A stretch of 64,000 bases of DNA from Lama glama. Its lineage: Eukaryota. A program made the translations under genes and the position numbers. Each line of letters begins with the position of its first letter. Position 1 is the first letter of the stretch. Where the stretch lies: the NCBI GenBank assembly GCA_028534125.1, contig CM052821.1, forward strand, positions 6,386,001-6,450,000. Reading direction: 5' to 3'. Shown piece by piece: positions 1-14,118 of the stretch. Under the pieces are notes generated by a model. That model saw only the letters and a list, made by a program, of their open reading frames with translations. It did not search any database and was not told the origin of the DNA.

Positions 1-82
1 TCAAGTTGTGTAGCCCCCCTTCCTTAGAGGGGGACCCTACGTTTCCCGCCCAACCCTGGTGGGCACTGTATTTGACCACCCT

Positions 83-205
83 ATGGCAGATTGTTTCAAA
101 AGAAACTCACAACCATCTCCATCCCCCAGGCCCCTTTACAACATGACTTTGCCACTCCTTTCATCAAGAATCTTTGAATTTCCACTATTTTGGTGTAGCC
201 ATGGA
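83..205 (+). mobile_element. MaLR (MLT1-like) LTR fragment
   Basis: TATGGCAGATTGTTTCAAAAG...CATGACTTTGCCACTCCTTTCATCAAGA resembles the MLT1 5' end; judged by eye. Confidence 0.45.
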
Positions 206-1248
206 GCCAACATGACACCTCCATCCATAATCGCAGCAGAGTTACAATTAAAGTTCAGCATGTGTAATATGATAAACCACACCCAGGTAAACTCAGATTA
301 GTCTAGTAAAACATGACCAGCCTTTCAGCCAATGCAGCCAACTTCTCCCGCACCTTGGCCACTTGGTCCCCACTCCTCAGCCAATAGCCCAGGCCACTGA
401 CCCTAGTGTCTAGGTCAGTTCATTTTAGGCAACAAGGCTGTGGACCAGCTGTAGAGATTGGTAAAAGCAAAGCAAGCAAAATAGCTGTTCAGGGAAAGGG
501 CTTCCTTTGTCACAGCCATGCTAAAGGGAAACCACCCAAGATCTGTTGCGTCTTAGGAACCACAGGGTATGGTGAACTTTGGGTAAAATAATTGTGGCAA
601 AATGGAAATTCTGAAATCACATTTGCATCCTGTATAAAATTCTTGTACATATTTGGCCATTGCTCCATGCAGAGATTTGTTTCACACTAAGTAGTAGTTC
701 CGAAATGTGTTTTTTAAAACCCTCTTTGGGAAAAAAAGTGAATTTAAATTTAGTAATGTGGCATTACAGTCCTTGGAAATAAAATTAATTTTATACTGTT
801 GTTCTGACAAAGCAAAGGAAATGCGTTGTCTGAAGAGACATGAGCTAAGTTTTGGTTTTGTTTTTTTTTTCCAAAATTGTTCTTCTCTTCCAAAGAGAAG
901 GTTTTAAATGATTCCCCAAAGCATGTTGGTTGGAATGGTGGTCCCGTGGGATGCTCCTTTCAAAAAAGGAGAAGGAGGGGGAAAAATAATTCTTTGGTCA
1001 AATCTGCTGGGAAGTGCTCTGTGCTTCTCTCTGATTCATCATAATATTGGCATATTAATGCTTCTTACAAGAACTGCAATAGAGAAACCTCTTTAACTTT
1101 ACTTAACACAAAGATTCCCATATTTATGACCACAGAACCCTTTATTCAAGTAACACAAGACCTTTACTCAAGTTGCAGCCAGAGATGTTTCCATTAAAGT
1201 CCCTTGAGGCTGGAGGACCATGGAACCCACTTTTAAGAAACACTGCAT

Positions 1249-1378
1249 TATAACTCAATCACTTTGCTGTACACCTGAAACTAACTTTGTAAATCAACTA
1301 TATCTCAATAAAAAAAATTTTTTTTATTAAATAAATAAATAAATACAATTTAACATTTAAAAAAAGGAAAAAGGAAAC
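1249..1378 (+). mobile_element. 5'-truncated LINE-1 3' end with A-rich tail
   Basis: ATCACTTTGCTGTACACCTGAAACTAA...GTAAATCAACTATATCTCAATAAAAAAA. Flanking repeat AACACTGC on both sides. Confidence 0.75.
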
Positions 1379-2646
1379 AGGAACACTGCCTTAGCCACTG
1401 GGGGAGGGAAAGGGAGACATCGCCCCCTGCTTTCTACCAAATGGTTTTGAAATATTCATCGTTTCTCTCAAATGACAAAGAACGAAATATTGTTTCTACT
1501 TTTAATTCATTCCCCTACAGTTCCTGTAACATTTGGTATCTGATAGAGACATTTGAAATGAAAAGATACATTCAGATTTGGGAACCAACATGCAGCGAGA
1601 TGTTCCATCCGCCTGCCACCTGTGCATTTGAAGCGGTTTCTGCTCGCACTGATTCCACAACCTCTGGCCCGCCCTCCCAGGTGCTGGAGCGTGCTGTTCC
1701 AATCTTCAGCCAACCACACAGCTCTGCCCTCTCCACCCAGCTTGCACACAGCGGGGGGAAAATGTGCTAATCTGTTTTTTCGTTTGTTTGTTTTTGCGAA
1801 CCCATGAAGAGTGATGTCTAAAGAACTGACAGTATGTGGCAAAATCTAAAGATGAGCCTGACAGTATCTGAAAATCTACCGACTAACCCTCTTAAACTTT
1901 GCTGTCATTTCTCTAAAGGTTCCATTCACACCGGCAGCCTATTATAGGATCAAACTCCGAGGTGCCTCAACTAGGTTCTAGCATGTCTCTGGGAGTTAAC
2001 ACATTTTTTTCACTCGAGAGAACTGAGGGGCTATGATGCATTTATAGTTTCTGCCTCCTCCCCACTCCGTGATCAAAGATGAAATTTAAGGGACGATGCT
2101 CTGCGTTTAAAAATCTGTTTCCTCGCAGCCCTCTGTGTGCGGTGAATGAAATAGCAAGAACCCCTATCCTGTTGGAGCTGACATTTGAGCAGATGGCTCA
2201 ACCAGAGATGTTTCCAGCTAATATGGTGGCTTGTCATGAAAGCCAGTCCAAAAAGGAGGTATATCTACCTTTAGCTGGGTCGTTGTTTTGCAAGGAAGAG
2301 GTTCAAAGTCATGAAAACAGGTAGGTTCACATGAACTATCCACTGTGAGTAAAGAGATGCTGTCACGGGGGTAAAGGAGTTAGGCTGCCGCGGGGGAAAG
2401 AGACTCTGCAGAGAAATGGGGTGGGCCTGGAGCCCCAGGATCTCCCCCTGGACAGCAGAGGCACCACCATAATGGCCCTCTGAAGCATGGGGGAGATCTG
2501 CACAAGGCACAGTGACTGCAAGAGGAACAGAGGGGACAGTAAAGAGCAAACATTAGGCACACTCTTGTGTTAAAAGGCACCAAGTTAATTAAGTCACCGC
2601 ACAGCTTGGAACCCTAACATGATCCCTCACAAAAATACATCTTCGT

Positions 2647-2805
2647 GGGGAGGGTATAGCTCAGTGGAAGAGTGTGTGCTTAGCAAGCACAAGGTCCTGG
2701 GTTCAATCCTCAGTACCTCCACTGAATAAATAAATACATAAATCAATAAGTCAATCAATCAATTACCTGCCCCACCCCCCAAAAAAGCAAAAATAAAAAT
2801 AAAAA
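2647..2805 (+). mobile_element. tRNA-derived SINE (camelid Vic-1-like)
   Basis: GGGGAGGGTATAGCTCAGTGG (A box)...GGGTTCAATCC (B box)...CAGTACCTCCA and an A-rich tail. Confidence 0.85.
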
Positions 2806-5800
2806 GAAGAGCCCAGGGCCTAGGGGCAGGGAGCCACCTGCTTCACCGGAAGATCTGAGGGGGCAGAGGCTGAGCCTGGGGAGAGGAGGAGCAGAATGGG
2901 AATCAGAGCCAGAGGGGATCAGGGTCAAATGGTCAGGACAGAGGCTGTGAGGATGCCAAGCAGCCGGGGCTCATGCTGTTGGGTGAGGCTGAGGGTTGTG
3001 GAGGTTTGGGTGCATGGGCAGCTTCAAGGGGCAGGGGGCGGTCCAGGAGACTCCTCTCCATCCTCCCCTCCCGCAGCCTCTCTGTAGAACTCAACCCTTC
3101 ATTCATTCAACCCATATTTACTGAGCACCTGCTACGTGCCAGGCACTACGACAGTCACTGGAGAGGCGGCAGGGAACAAACACATTTGGCCCTGTTCTCT
3201 CGGAGCTTACGAGATGTCCGAGGAGAGACACGAGACGTGTAACTGGACACATAGATGGAGACTCCCAGGGGCTGTGGAAATTCCTGACAGGGATCCCCAG
3301 GCCTTAAGGAGGGCAAGGGGCCAGCCGAGAAATGGAAGGAGGGGTGGAGACAGCTTCTCAGAGGCCTGGAGGACACGATGGAGCTGGACAGAGACGACGA
3401 AGAGAGGGAGCAGAAGCCCAAGTAGGAGCCTGGGAACCACATTTTGGACTCCGTCTGCGACCAGTGAGAATCTATTTTGAGGGCTGGGGTGGGGGCATTA
3501 GACAGGGAGGAGCTTGACAGGCTACTCCTTTTTACAAGACCCCTCTGGGGCCCGTGGAGCAGGGTGAGCCAAGAAGCACCGATGGACATGGGGGCTGCGT
3601 GAGAGGTGAGACTGGCGGCCAGAGATGGAGCAAAGCTCTCTAAAAGGTAAAATGGACCACATTTGGTGATGTGCAGGGAAGGAGAGGGGAGGACAGCTGC
3701 TGGGAAGGAGGTGGTACCATGTCCTGGGAGCCAGACAGGCTAGGAGTGAAGATGGTGCACCAGGAGCAAAGGTCTTCCCTCCATGACTTGCCGCCCCTCT
3801 AGTTCATTAAGCTCCTGATGCACCAGCCTCCTTTCGGTTCCTCAGACGCACCAGTCTCATTCCCAAGGCAGGACCTTTTGACCCACTGTCCCTCCGGCAG
3901 GAACACTCTGCTCCAGGCCTTATTCTGGCTGGATCCTCCTCACTGGCCAGGGCTTGACTCAGATGCCGCCTCCTCCAGGAAGCTTTCCATGACTACCTCC
4001 ACCTAAACAACCTACAGGTCTCCATCCCATTGCCCTGTTGTATTACTGTCTGCAGTTACCTCGTATATTTGTTCACACATTCATTAAATGTCCCCTCCCA
4101 CCAGAACAACGGAGGCTCTGAGAGCAGGGGCCTGTCTCATTTACCATGTATTCTCCTGTGGCTGCCAGAGAGGCTGCTGAGTAAATCACGGCAGAATGGA
4201 CCAATGTATTAATGCCGCATTCAGGACCTGGGTGAGGGTGGGGCTGCAGCTCTCAGAGGTATGCACAGAGATGGTGATTTCAGCTCCAGGAGAGGGGGAG
4301 AGCACCCAGGGCAAGAGGGCAGGGCAAGAGGAAGGCTTCCAACAGTCCTGAGGCATGTGAGCCCTGGGCAAGGAGAGAGGAGGTGCTGGCCAGGACCCCC
4401 AGACAGAGGTGAGACAGGGACAAGGGACAGCAAGTCTTGCCGAGGGCACGCAGAGCTGGGAGCCGGGGAGCCTGGATTCAGACAGGCAGGCACTCCAGGG
4501 CCCAGCCTCCCACAAGCTGAAGTCCACACCATCTCAGGAGTTTCTGAGATCCCATTTCACGAGTGACGGAGAGGATTTCAGTTACCCAGTGAGTGGCGGA
4601 CCCAGGGTGTGAACCCAGTATCACTCTGGAGCCTACAGTCTCAGCCTCCCCTCTCCACGTCCCGGAGCTCAGAGCTGCCCCAGAAGCCATGGGGATGGCT
4701 GTGAAGAGGAGGGAGAGGTGCCGGGAGAGCAGCTGAGATAAGAACAGAAAAGCAGGTTCAAGCAAGCATCCAGAGGTAGATCTTGACCCACCAGAGCCAG
4801 TGTAGACAGAAGGCAGGCTGCAGTGGAATGAGGAGTGAGCAGGAGGCCAGGACGGAAGGGGGATGAGGGATGCACAGCAGAATGGGTGACTTTAGAGCAG
4901 TTTAGCTGTAAAGATGAAGCCAGACACAGGGTAGTAACTGGAGGAGCCCTGGGTGCAGAGGAGGGCTATTTTAAGATGCAAGAAACCTGAGTGTTTTGAA
5001 GTTGGAGCCAGCAGGGAAGGAGCAGTTAAAGGAGCATTAAAGAATCAAAAGTGAAGGGGTGGGGGTGCCAAGGAGGACAGTGCATCTATGGGGGCTGGGG
5101 GAGGCTCCTCTCCGGGGACACATGGGAAAAGCCCCTGGCTCCAGAGGAGGTCTGGGGACAGAGTGGAGGGAGTTTGTCTGATTGCATCTCCTTTCTGTGA
5201 GAAGTAGGAGGCGAGGGTATCTGAGCAGAGAGTGGGAGATGGGGGCAGGTGGGGGCAGAGGCAGGGTTGAGAGGGCATGGTTGGCAGTTATCAGCGTCGG
5301 AAGAGGGAGCTGGCCAGACTCAGAGAGGGTCCTGCAGGGTCTGGTGACCATTCTTGGTGCCACCAGTCCACCCAGGGGTGAAATGTTCTCTGGGGGCACT
5401 CAGCAGCCATCCAGGGCTGAGGTTCCACCAGGAGGGCCTTGCCAGCTCCTCTTCTGCTTCTGCTCTGCCTTTTAGTGGTGGCCTGCCAGGGTGGCCCCCT
5501 CAACCTCCTCCTTTCTCCCCCCAGCCTGGTCCCTTCCCACAGTTCCATTTTCTGTCTCTAGCAACACCACTGCCCAGAAGTCTCTGTGCTGAGCCCCAGC
5601 CTTATACACTAATTGTCCACCTTGGATGTCCCCGATGTGCTTCAAACTCAACACATCAGAACTGGACTTACTGGCCACCCTCTCTGCCTGTGACCCCACC
5701 CACCCCACCCCCCACCGTCTGCAATAGCCATGTATCTGTTTATGCCCACCCTCTGTTCTGTTCACTCCAGGACAGAAACGGGCTTAGATCTGGTGAGGAG

Positions 5801-8800
5801 ACAGTCTCCATCCTTTGGGCCCCGTGGTTTGGGGTGTCTGAGTAGAGAATGTGATCAAGATCTAGAATATTCCATACTCGCAGCAAGTTCTTCAAGGTTA
5901 GGACAGTCACAGCTGCTCCTGTGGTTTGGCCTGAAGGACCTGGGAGAGGACCCCCGCCTTCCTGATAGATTTGAACTTGAGAGGCCATGAAGCCAACATC
6001 CTGCCTCATGTGGAGGCTGAGACTAACAACACGCACATTTATTGCACCAGGCTCTGCGCTGGGCTCTCTACACGTGTGGATCTCATTTCGTCCTAAGGAA
6101 GGATGCAGTAGCTTGGCACTGCTTTTCCCCACTCAAAAGAGGAGGGACTTGAGCCACAGAGGAGTCAAGCACTTTGCCCAGGTCACATAGCCAGGGAAGG
6201 GTGTGCCAGCACAAATCTAGCCGGTGATGTCAAGTCCTTGCTCCAACCACCAGACTACCCTGCCAGAAGCTGACACAGGCTGCAGACCCAGCCACGGGAG
6301 GCAGAGGGGCCAGGCTTGCTCTCACTGTCAGACCCGAGTCAAAGCAGGCCTGAGGCCAGAACTACCACTGGGCTTTGCAGTCATGTGGGCCAATAAATTC
6401 CCTTCTGTTCAAGCCAACTATCTTTTGAGTTTCCTGTAAAGTCAGACCAAAAAATCCTAACTGATAACACAGCCCCTCACTGGGTGGCAGGCATCACCAC
6501 CCCCTCACTAATTCAGAATAGGAACTAGGGCTTTGTTCTCCCCCGCTTCCCTCTCCCTCATCTCTCACATCCAACTAGTGACCAAAGCCTGAATCCCAAA
6601 CATCGCTTGGATCTGTTCCCTTTCTTTCCATCCTAGTCCAGGCCACCATCATCTTTGCCGGATTTGGACCACAGCCTCCTGGCTGGCTCTCTACCTCTAG
6701 CCTACTCCCACCCACAGATTTACCCCTAATTCCCTAAAATTCAGATCTTACCATGTCAATTCCTGGCTTAAAACCCTCCAGACACCTCACTGCCCCCAGG
6801 GTAAATTCCACTCCCTATCAGGCTGCTACCCCTCTGGTCTCACATCCATTCACACTCCATTCTACCTACCTGCTTCAAGGGCACCTCCAACCCTACACCC
6901 TTCTGTGCCTCTGCCCAGAACATTCTTCCTCCCCTTCTTTGCCCCATAAATGCCCGTTCAGTATGGCCACCACCTCTACAAGCCAAGCCAGTCACTCTTT
7001 ACTCTTGGCTCTGTCAACGCTGGACACTTCTTATTGCCAGTGTTAACTTCAGTCTTGTGAACAGTGCTCTTTACAGGAGTGTGAGCTCCCTGAGGGCAGG
7101 ACCTCTGTCTTATTCATCTCATCCCCAGCCCCGGGGACCTGCCCAGCACAGAGCAGTCACTCACTAAACACTCATGGAAAAGATGAATAAACGAAGCGTT
7201 CCCAGGAACTGGGTGGGTGGTTCTACACCTCTCCTCTGGGGATGGCCAGCTTTGGAGAAAAACTAACAATAACAACGTCACATGATAATTGCAGTGTAGA
7301 AAGCCTTTTGTCTACAGACAAGCATACTCCATATTTGATCCTCATGACATTGTTACCTCCATTTCATGGATTAAAAGAGTGAGGTTCAGGGAAGTTCACA
7401 ATGTAGAATTCAGTGCACACGTCCACAAAATCCCCTCATTTTGAGGCACAAGCTCTGGCCAGACTGTGATCAGAGCCCCCCATGTTATCAACTGAGTGGA
7501 GTGGTGTTCTTGCCCTCACTGGCCACAGAGGGGCAGCCAAGTGCTGGCGTGCGAGTCACTACCCCACCTCCCACCCACCCACTCTTGGAAAGATTTGGAT
7601 CTGGGTATGGAAGGGGAATAGCCAGCACTGAGAAGAGACCAGGGGAGATGGGCTGTGGTTGCTACTTCAGAATCTGCCAGAAACATTCCAAACTGGAGGA
7701 TGTCCCAGGGGTACCACTAATACCAAGAGTCAGGAGCTGGAAACATTGACTGTATACTCCAAACTTGCATTATCAGCATATTTAACAACAAGCCACAGGA
7801 AGTGATGGGACATTGCAGGGGCACCCAAGACCTCCAAATGGGGGACAATGACCCACAGCCCTCAGCAGGGACAAGCCAGTGGCCTGTAAGACCATAGCTG
7901 CCCTGCACCAGAGACGGGACAGGTGTCCTCAGAGGCCTGGCAGGCAGGGGGCGTGGCCAGCATCTGCCGCACTGAGCATCCAGGGGGTGTGGCCTCTTCA
8001 GTGCCCAGAGGGCCCATTCATTCCTGGAGCGCCAATCTCCCAGACCCACACCATGAGCACTTCAGGAGGTTGGATGGGGCAGATCAGAGAAAGCAGCTAA
8101 CTGCAAGCATCCCGGGTTTAGGTCTCACCACAACCCAGGTTTCTCCCAGGCTGTTGTCTGCACCACACATGGATCAAGGCAGCAGGCGTTCCCCATGGGC
8201 CAGAGGGCTGGAGGGAGAGCTCTCTGGGAGACAGACCAGGCAAAGCTCGGGAATCTGTAACAGATAGCCGCCCCCATCTTTGCTGGGAAGGGAGCTGCAC
8301 CATGTGGAAGCCAAGGAATAACGGCCCTTTCCAGCTCAGGGTGAGATCCAGGGGCTGCGGGAAGGTTAAGGCAAGATGTCCTCCCATCTGTGGCCCCAGC
8401 CCTTCTGTCAAGGAAAGTGCAGGCTACTGGAGCTTGCTGGGGTCCAGATGCCCGGCCTCCGTACATGGCACTCAGACTTGCAGCCATTCCCCCACCTCTC
8501 ACTGTCAGCCTGAGAGCCTGAGATGGCGGGACAGCAGCACCCATTTCTCAATTTTCTAAATTCTTTTCCTCCCCACTCAGTCTGACAGCCTTGACCAGGG
8601 TCAGAGTTCCATGGCAAGCATCTCAGTATCTTCCCTCAGGAACACTGAGGTCCCTAGCACATGCCACAGGCTGGCTCTACAAGCACTGAGCTGAAAGGGA
8701 GAGTGAAGGCAGGAAGTTGGATGAAGAAAGCCTTTACCTGCCCCTTCTTCTCTTCCCTCCACCCCAACACCCGCAGCCCTGCCTGAGTGCCTGAGTAAAA

Positions 8801-10263
8801 ATGATACTGGGGGCACAACCCTTCCCTCCAGCAAATCTCTCTACATCCCTGACACCACCCAGACTTGAACCCAAAGGCCAATCCAAGTCATCACCCTGAC
8901 CTCTGATCCCTCTGCTCATTCCACTTGGATTCTTTTCCATACATGTATATTCCAGCTGACCCTCTGAGCTCACCCCCACCCTCAGCCAGGAAAACTGAGC
9001 CCAGCTGGCTGTGGAGTTGCTGTGGCATCTGGAAGGCCATTCCCAGCAGCAAGAAGGTATCTAGCAAGGCCACTAAGAAGTAAGGACAGGAGGGAGGACA
9101 TGGAGGTGGGGGTAGTTGGGGTTCCAGCCCCAGAAGCCATATGCCAAATGTGTGTGAAGGGTCATTCTTTTGGGAAGAGAGTCTATATTTTGCATCAGCA
9201 TCTCAAAGAGTGGTGAGAAATCAGGGAAAGGGAGGACAGAGTAAAAGGGGCCACCCAAGGAGTCCTTCTCACTCAGGGATGCCGCCCCCACCCACTGAGC
9301 TCAGAATCAATCAGGAGCCCCAGGGACCATTTCCAGCTCTGTCATTCACGTCATGTTACTTTCTTCTCTCTGAGCTTTCCCATTTGTAAAATGAAGGGTT
9401 CACAGCGGACTGTCCCAGCTGGGGAAGGAGAAAAGAGCACAAGATGGAGATGGGAGAAAGGATGGAAAAGCAGCAGAAGGTATGGGGCAAGGGGGTGGGT
9501 GAACCCAGGTACAATAAAGAGGGGGAATTGAGGACACAGCAAAGGGAGGTGGGGACTGTCCCTGGGTCCTGCCTGCTGCCCTTGTGCTGGGAGCAGTCAC
9601 ACACACACACACACACACCTCTCACTGCCCTGGCCAGCCCTCTCTCCAAGGGGGTGGGGGCAGTGTGCCTGAGGTGAGAAGTCCACAGCTCAGCGAGGCC
9701 AGTGTGGCACAGCTGCCCAGGATTAGCACCAGATCCTGGGCTGCTCTGAGCAGAGATCACACGTCGTCAGCTTCACAGCTGCTTAGCTGCACCCTGCCCA
9801 CTCCAGCCCCTTGCCCCTCCTCAGCCCCTCCTCACAAGCACTCACTCCCTTGGGCCCACTCTGGTCTCTGCCAGAGGGAAGCTGGGACCCTGCCTCTGCC
9901 TGCCGCTTGTAGGCAAGGGAGGGGCTCTAGAGTAGGAGGGGCAAGAGAGGTCAGAGGCACCTCCAGTAAACAGCCCCACCCACAGAAACCTCCTGGGACC
10001 CCCTAGGTACAACCTGGAACAGAGAGGAGGGACAGAGAAGACTTCCCTCACCAACCCCTGTGGCTCTCTGCCCAAGGCAGCCTTGGCCTAGAATTACCTT
10101 GTCTTTTGGCCACCCAGGCCCTTCCCTCCAGATGGCTCCTGTCCTTGGAGAGACAGAGGCAAGAGGGCCAGATGGAGACCCCACAGCTGGGACTCCTCAG
10201 CCACAGCTTCCTGGAGCAACGTGCTCCTGAGGCCCCTCAGCTGTTAGGAGCCTTGTCACCTAC

Positions 10264-10295
10264 CACACACACAAACACACACACACACACACACA
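10264..10295 (+). repeat. Interrupted (CA)n microsatellite (others at ~9598-9618 and ~63064-63089)
   Basis: CACACACACAAACACACACACACACACACAC. Confidence 0.85.
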
Positions 10296-10849
10296 CCCAA
10301 AGCTCCTTGCTCTGGGCTACATGCATCCTGCCAACTTGTGCAGGGGCTGGGGGAGGAGGCCCCATCCCCCAGGGTCATCCAGGTCCCAGGCTCTGCCCTG
10401 AAATTCACTCCCATCCCTGCCTCAAGAGGGAGGCCACAGTGAGGAATCTTACTCAAATCCCCTCCAGGGAAAAGGCTTCCAGAAGGAGAGAAGGAAGCAG
10501 AAGCCAGAGGCCTGGATTGTCTGAGTTTCTGTGGAGGTGTCTCTCCTCAGCCTTCCAGTGGGATGGGCAGTGCTGGGGGTGACACCAAGTTGGGCCTTAG
10601 TACTAGGTCGGGCTGGAGCAAAGTTGGGTGGCGTGGCTGCAGGGAAGAAGGGCCTCACAGCACACTGTGGCCCCTCCGGCCTCCCTGCTCCATGGTCTGT
10701 CCTGCCTCCCCCGCTCCCATAGTAACAGTGATCTAGAAAAAAAACCTTGGGTTGGGGCCGCTGCTACAGGAGAGAGACTGGAAGAGGGAGGGAGGGGCAG
10801 CCTCTTCGCTCAGATCCGGCACACCTGGGGTAGCTGCAGGCCCCACCCT

Positions 10850-11700
<851 letters not shown>

Positions 11701-12370
11701 TCCTGTCCCCAGGGCTCTCCCTCCCGCTTGGCAAAAGAAGGAGCAGACCCTCCCTCAAAACCCTGAAAAGATCTTCCAGACCGCACCCCAAATGCTGGCT
11801 AGGGTGCTGCCCCCGCTGAGTGGGACACAGGACCATCCTCAATCCTGGGCTTCCTATCCCTGGGCCAAAGACCAATACTGCTAGGTGGCCTAGGTGGCCA
11901 CTTGGACAGGAGGCGAAAGAGCAGCCTCCAGAACCTTAGTGACGCGTGGCCTTTCTCATCCACAATCCCCTCGGGAGCCTCCTAGGGCTGGACAAGCAGG
12001 CCCATGCCTCCTTCGCCCCAGGGCAGGAAGATGGAGGGCAGGGGGCACTTTAAGACCCACCCCCACCCCTCTGCTCATCAAGGACTTGCTTCCCATCTCT
12101 TAACCCCTGAGGACCTCCAGAGTTCTCCAACTCCCCAGTGCCCCAGAGGTCAAAGGTAGGACATCACAAAACCTGTCATGAAATAGCACACAGCCAAGAG
12201 CAGCCTGGAATGAGAAAAAATATGCCAACACCTCCTGGCCATCCCTGCACCTACATGCTCCAGGACAAAGGACAAGACCCCCAATCCACTTCTCCCTTAG
12301 CACCCCTGCTTACACTCAGTTCATTCAATCTGGTTAGAACTGGCCCAGATGTAACCAAAAAGCATTGTAG

Positions 12371-12470
12371 GGGGTAGGGGGGTATAGCTCAGTGGTAGAG
12401 CACATGCTTAGCATGCACAAGGTGCTGGGTTCAATCCCCAGGACCTCCTTTAACCCCCACCCCACAAAAA
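12371..12470 (+). mobile_element. tRNA-derived SINE (camelid Vic-1-like) with target-site duplication
   Basis: A box TAGCTCAGTGG, B box GGTTCAATCC, flanked by AAAAAGCATTGTA / AAAAAGCATTCTA. Confidence 0.85.
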
Positions 12471-12893
12471 AGCATTCTAAAATATGGAACAATAAAAAGC
12501 ACACAAGTGTGAGTTATCAAAGCAATGTCCTAACAACGGCGAAGGCCAGCTCAAACTGGAAGGGTCACTGGACACTGGACAAGTGAGAGCTGGCCAATCT
12601 CGACAGAGAGAGAGAGAGGGAGAGAGAGAGACACCAAATCAAATGAGCTTTTTGGTGCAAGTGGGGGCCTGGATGTGCTCAATGAATAGAGAGGAGAGAT
12701 CTTTGGGGGTGCCTGAAGCAAGACCAGGTAATATAAAGGACAAGGATGTCATAGCGTCCTTAGGAAGGGAGGAGAAATACCACAGTCATATCATATCCCA
12801 AAGCAGCAGATCCTGATCTGTGTCCTCATTCATGGGACTGACTATGGTCACACTGCTTATGTGAATGTCCAACAAAGTACGAAATCAGTCAGC

Positions 12894-13057
12894 TTTAATC
12901 TGTCTTTAATCCCATCCACCCACTCCTCTCATCTTGGAATGTTGCCCTCCACATACCCCCATGTCCCCATAGGTCTGCCAGAAGTGTTCATGTTTCAGGG
13001 CAGAACGCCAGCCAAGGGACAGATGGCTCAACCTAAATTCACATTCTCAATTTTATT
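12894..13057 (-). terminator. ATG101: ATG101 polyadenylation signals
   Basis: Minus-strand AATAAA at 13057-13052 and ATTAAA at 12910-12905 and 12899-12894, 280-440 nt after the stop. Confidence 0.6.
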
Positions 13058-13330
13058 CACCATCCTAGTGACAACTCCTCTGTACAGTGAAGGAAAGGGG
13101 ACCCCCCCACCAGGGGAGCGGAGAGACCATGGAGGCCAGACTTGACCCACAGTGAAGGTTAAGAGGATGGCCAGAGACTGGCAACCACAAAACAAGGAAG
13201 CCAGCAGTGGCCCTTCCAAGTCTCATCAAGGACCCAGAGTGGGTTCCAGAGCCCCTAAGGGCCTAACAGTATGGTCCTCAGAAGCCAAGGTCCACAAGCC
13301 ATCAAGGCGCACGCAAGGCCCCAGCAAGGC

Positions 13331-13618
13331 CTAGAGGGCTAGGGTGTCTTTGATGAGCCTGCGCATGGTGGTGGTGACAGAGGAGCCCAGGGCGTCGGTG
13401 ATCTGGAAGGAGATCTTGTAGAGGTAGGGCTGCACGTCCCGCAGGCCTGTGTCAAACACATTGTCCAGCTCGGACTGCGTGGGCATCTTGGGCAGGTACT
13501 CGTGCCGGTTCATCACTTCCACTATGTTGATGATCTTCTCACAGAGCTTCTCGCCCACCTTCTCCCGGCAGATCTGCCGCTCCTGCTCCGTGGCCAGGGC
13601 CACCACGTGCACCTTGAC
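13331..13618 (-). CDS. ATG101: ATG101 last coding exon (visible part; the 5' 39 codons fall in the N-gap)
   Basis: [95 protein letters not shown] then TAG. 84+39+95 = 218 aa, the known ATG101 length. Confidence 0.97.
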   Translation of the reverse strand, partial: VKVHVVALATEQERQICREKVGEKLCEKIINIVEVMNRHEYLPKMPTQSELDNVFDTGLRDVQPYLYKISFQITDALGSSVTTTMRRLIKDTLAL

Positions 13619-14118
13619 NNNNNNNNNNNNNNNNNNNNNNNNNNNNNNNNNNNNNNNNNNNNNNNNNNNNNNNNNNNNNNNNNNNNNNNNNNNNNNNNNN
13701 NNNNNNNNNNNNNNNNNNNNNNNNNNNNNNNNNNNNNNNNNNNNNNNNNNNNNNNNNNNNNNNNNNNNNNNNNNNNNNNNNNNNNNNNNNNNNNNNNNNN
13801 NNNNNNNNNNNNNNNNNNNNNNNNNNNNNNNNNNNNNNNNNNNNNNNNNNNNNNNNNNNNNNNNNNNNNNNNNNNNNNNNNNNNNNNNNNNNNNNNNNNN
13901 NNNNNNNNNNNNNNNNNNNNNNNNNNNNNNNNNNNNNNNNNNNNNNNNNNNNNNNNNNNNNNNNNNNNNNNNNNNNNNNNNNNNNNNNNNNNNNNNNNNN
14001 NNNNNNNNNNNNNNNNNNNNNNNNNNNNNNNNNNNNNNNNNNNNNNNNNNNNNNNNNNNNNNNNNNNNNNNNNNNNNNNNNNNNNNNNNNNNNNNNNNNN
14101 NNNNNNNNNNNNNNNNNN
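13619..14118. other. Assembly gap (500 N). Other gaps: 27284-27415, 35270-35473, 37271-37416, 60641-60788
   Basis: Runs of N. Three of the gaps hide functional sequence: the ATG101 exon start, the NR4A1 polyA region and the NR4A1 promoter CREs. Confidence 0.99.

Noticed and set aside
590-1900. AT-rich segment possibly containing a gene or pseudogene remnant
   Set aside because: No recognisable protein. It looks like degraded ancient repeat (possibly a DNA transposon) interrupted by an L1 tail; cannot be classified without Dfam.
2647-2720. tRNA gene-like A/B boxes (also 12371, 17350, 19694)
   Set aside because: Multiple diverged copies with A-rich tails and TSDs; these are SINEs, not tRNA genes.
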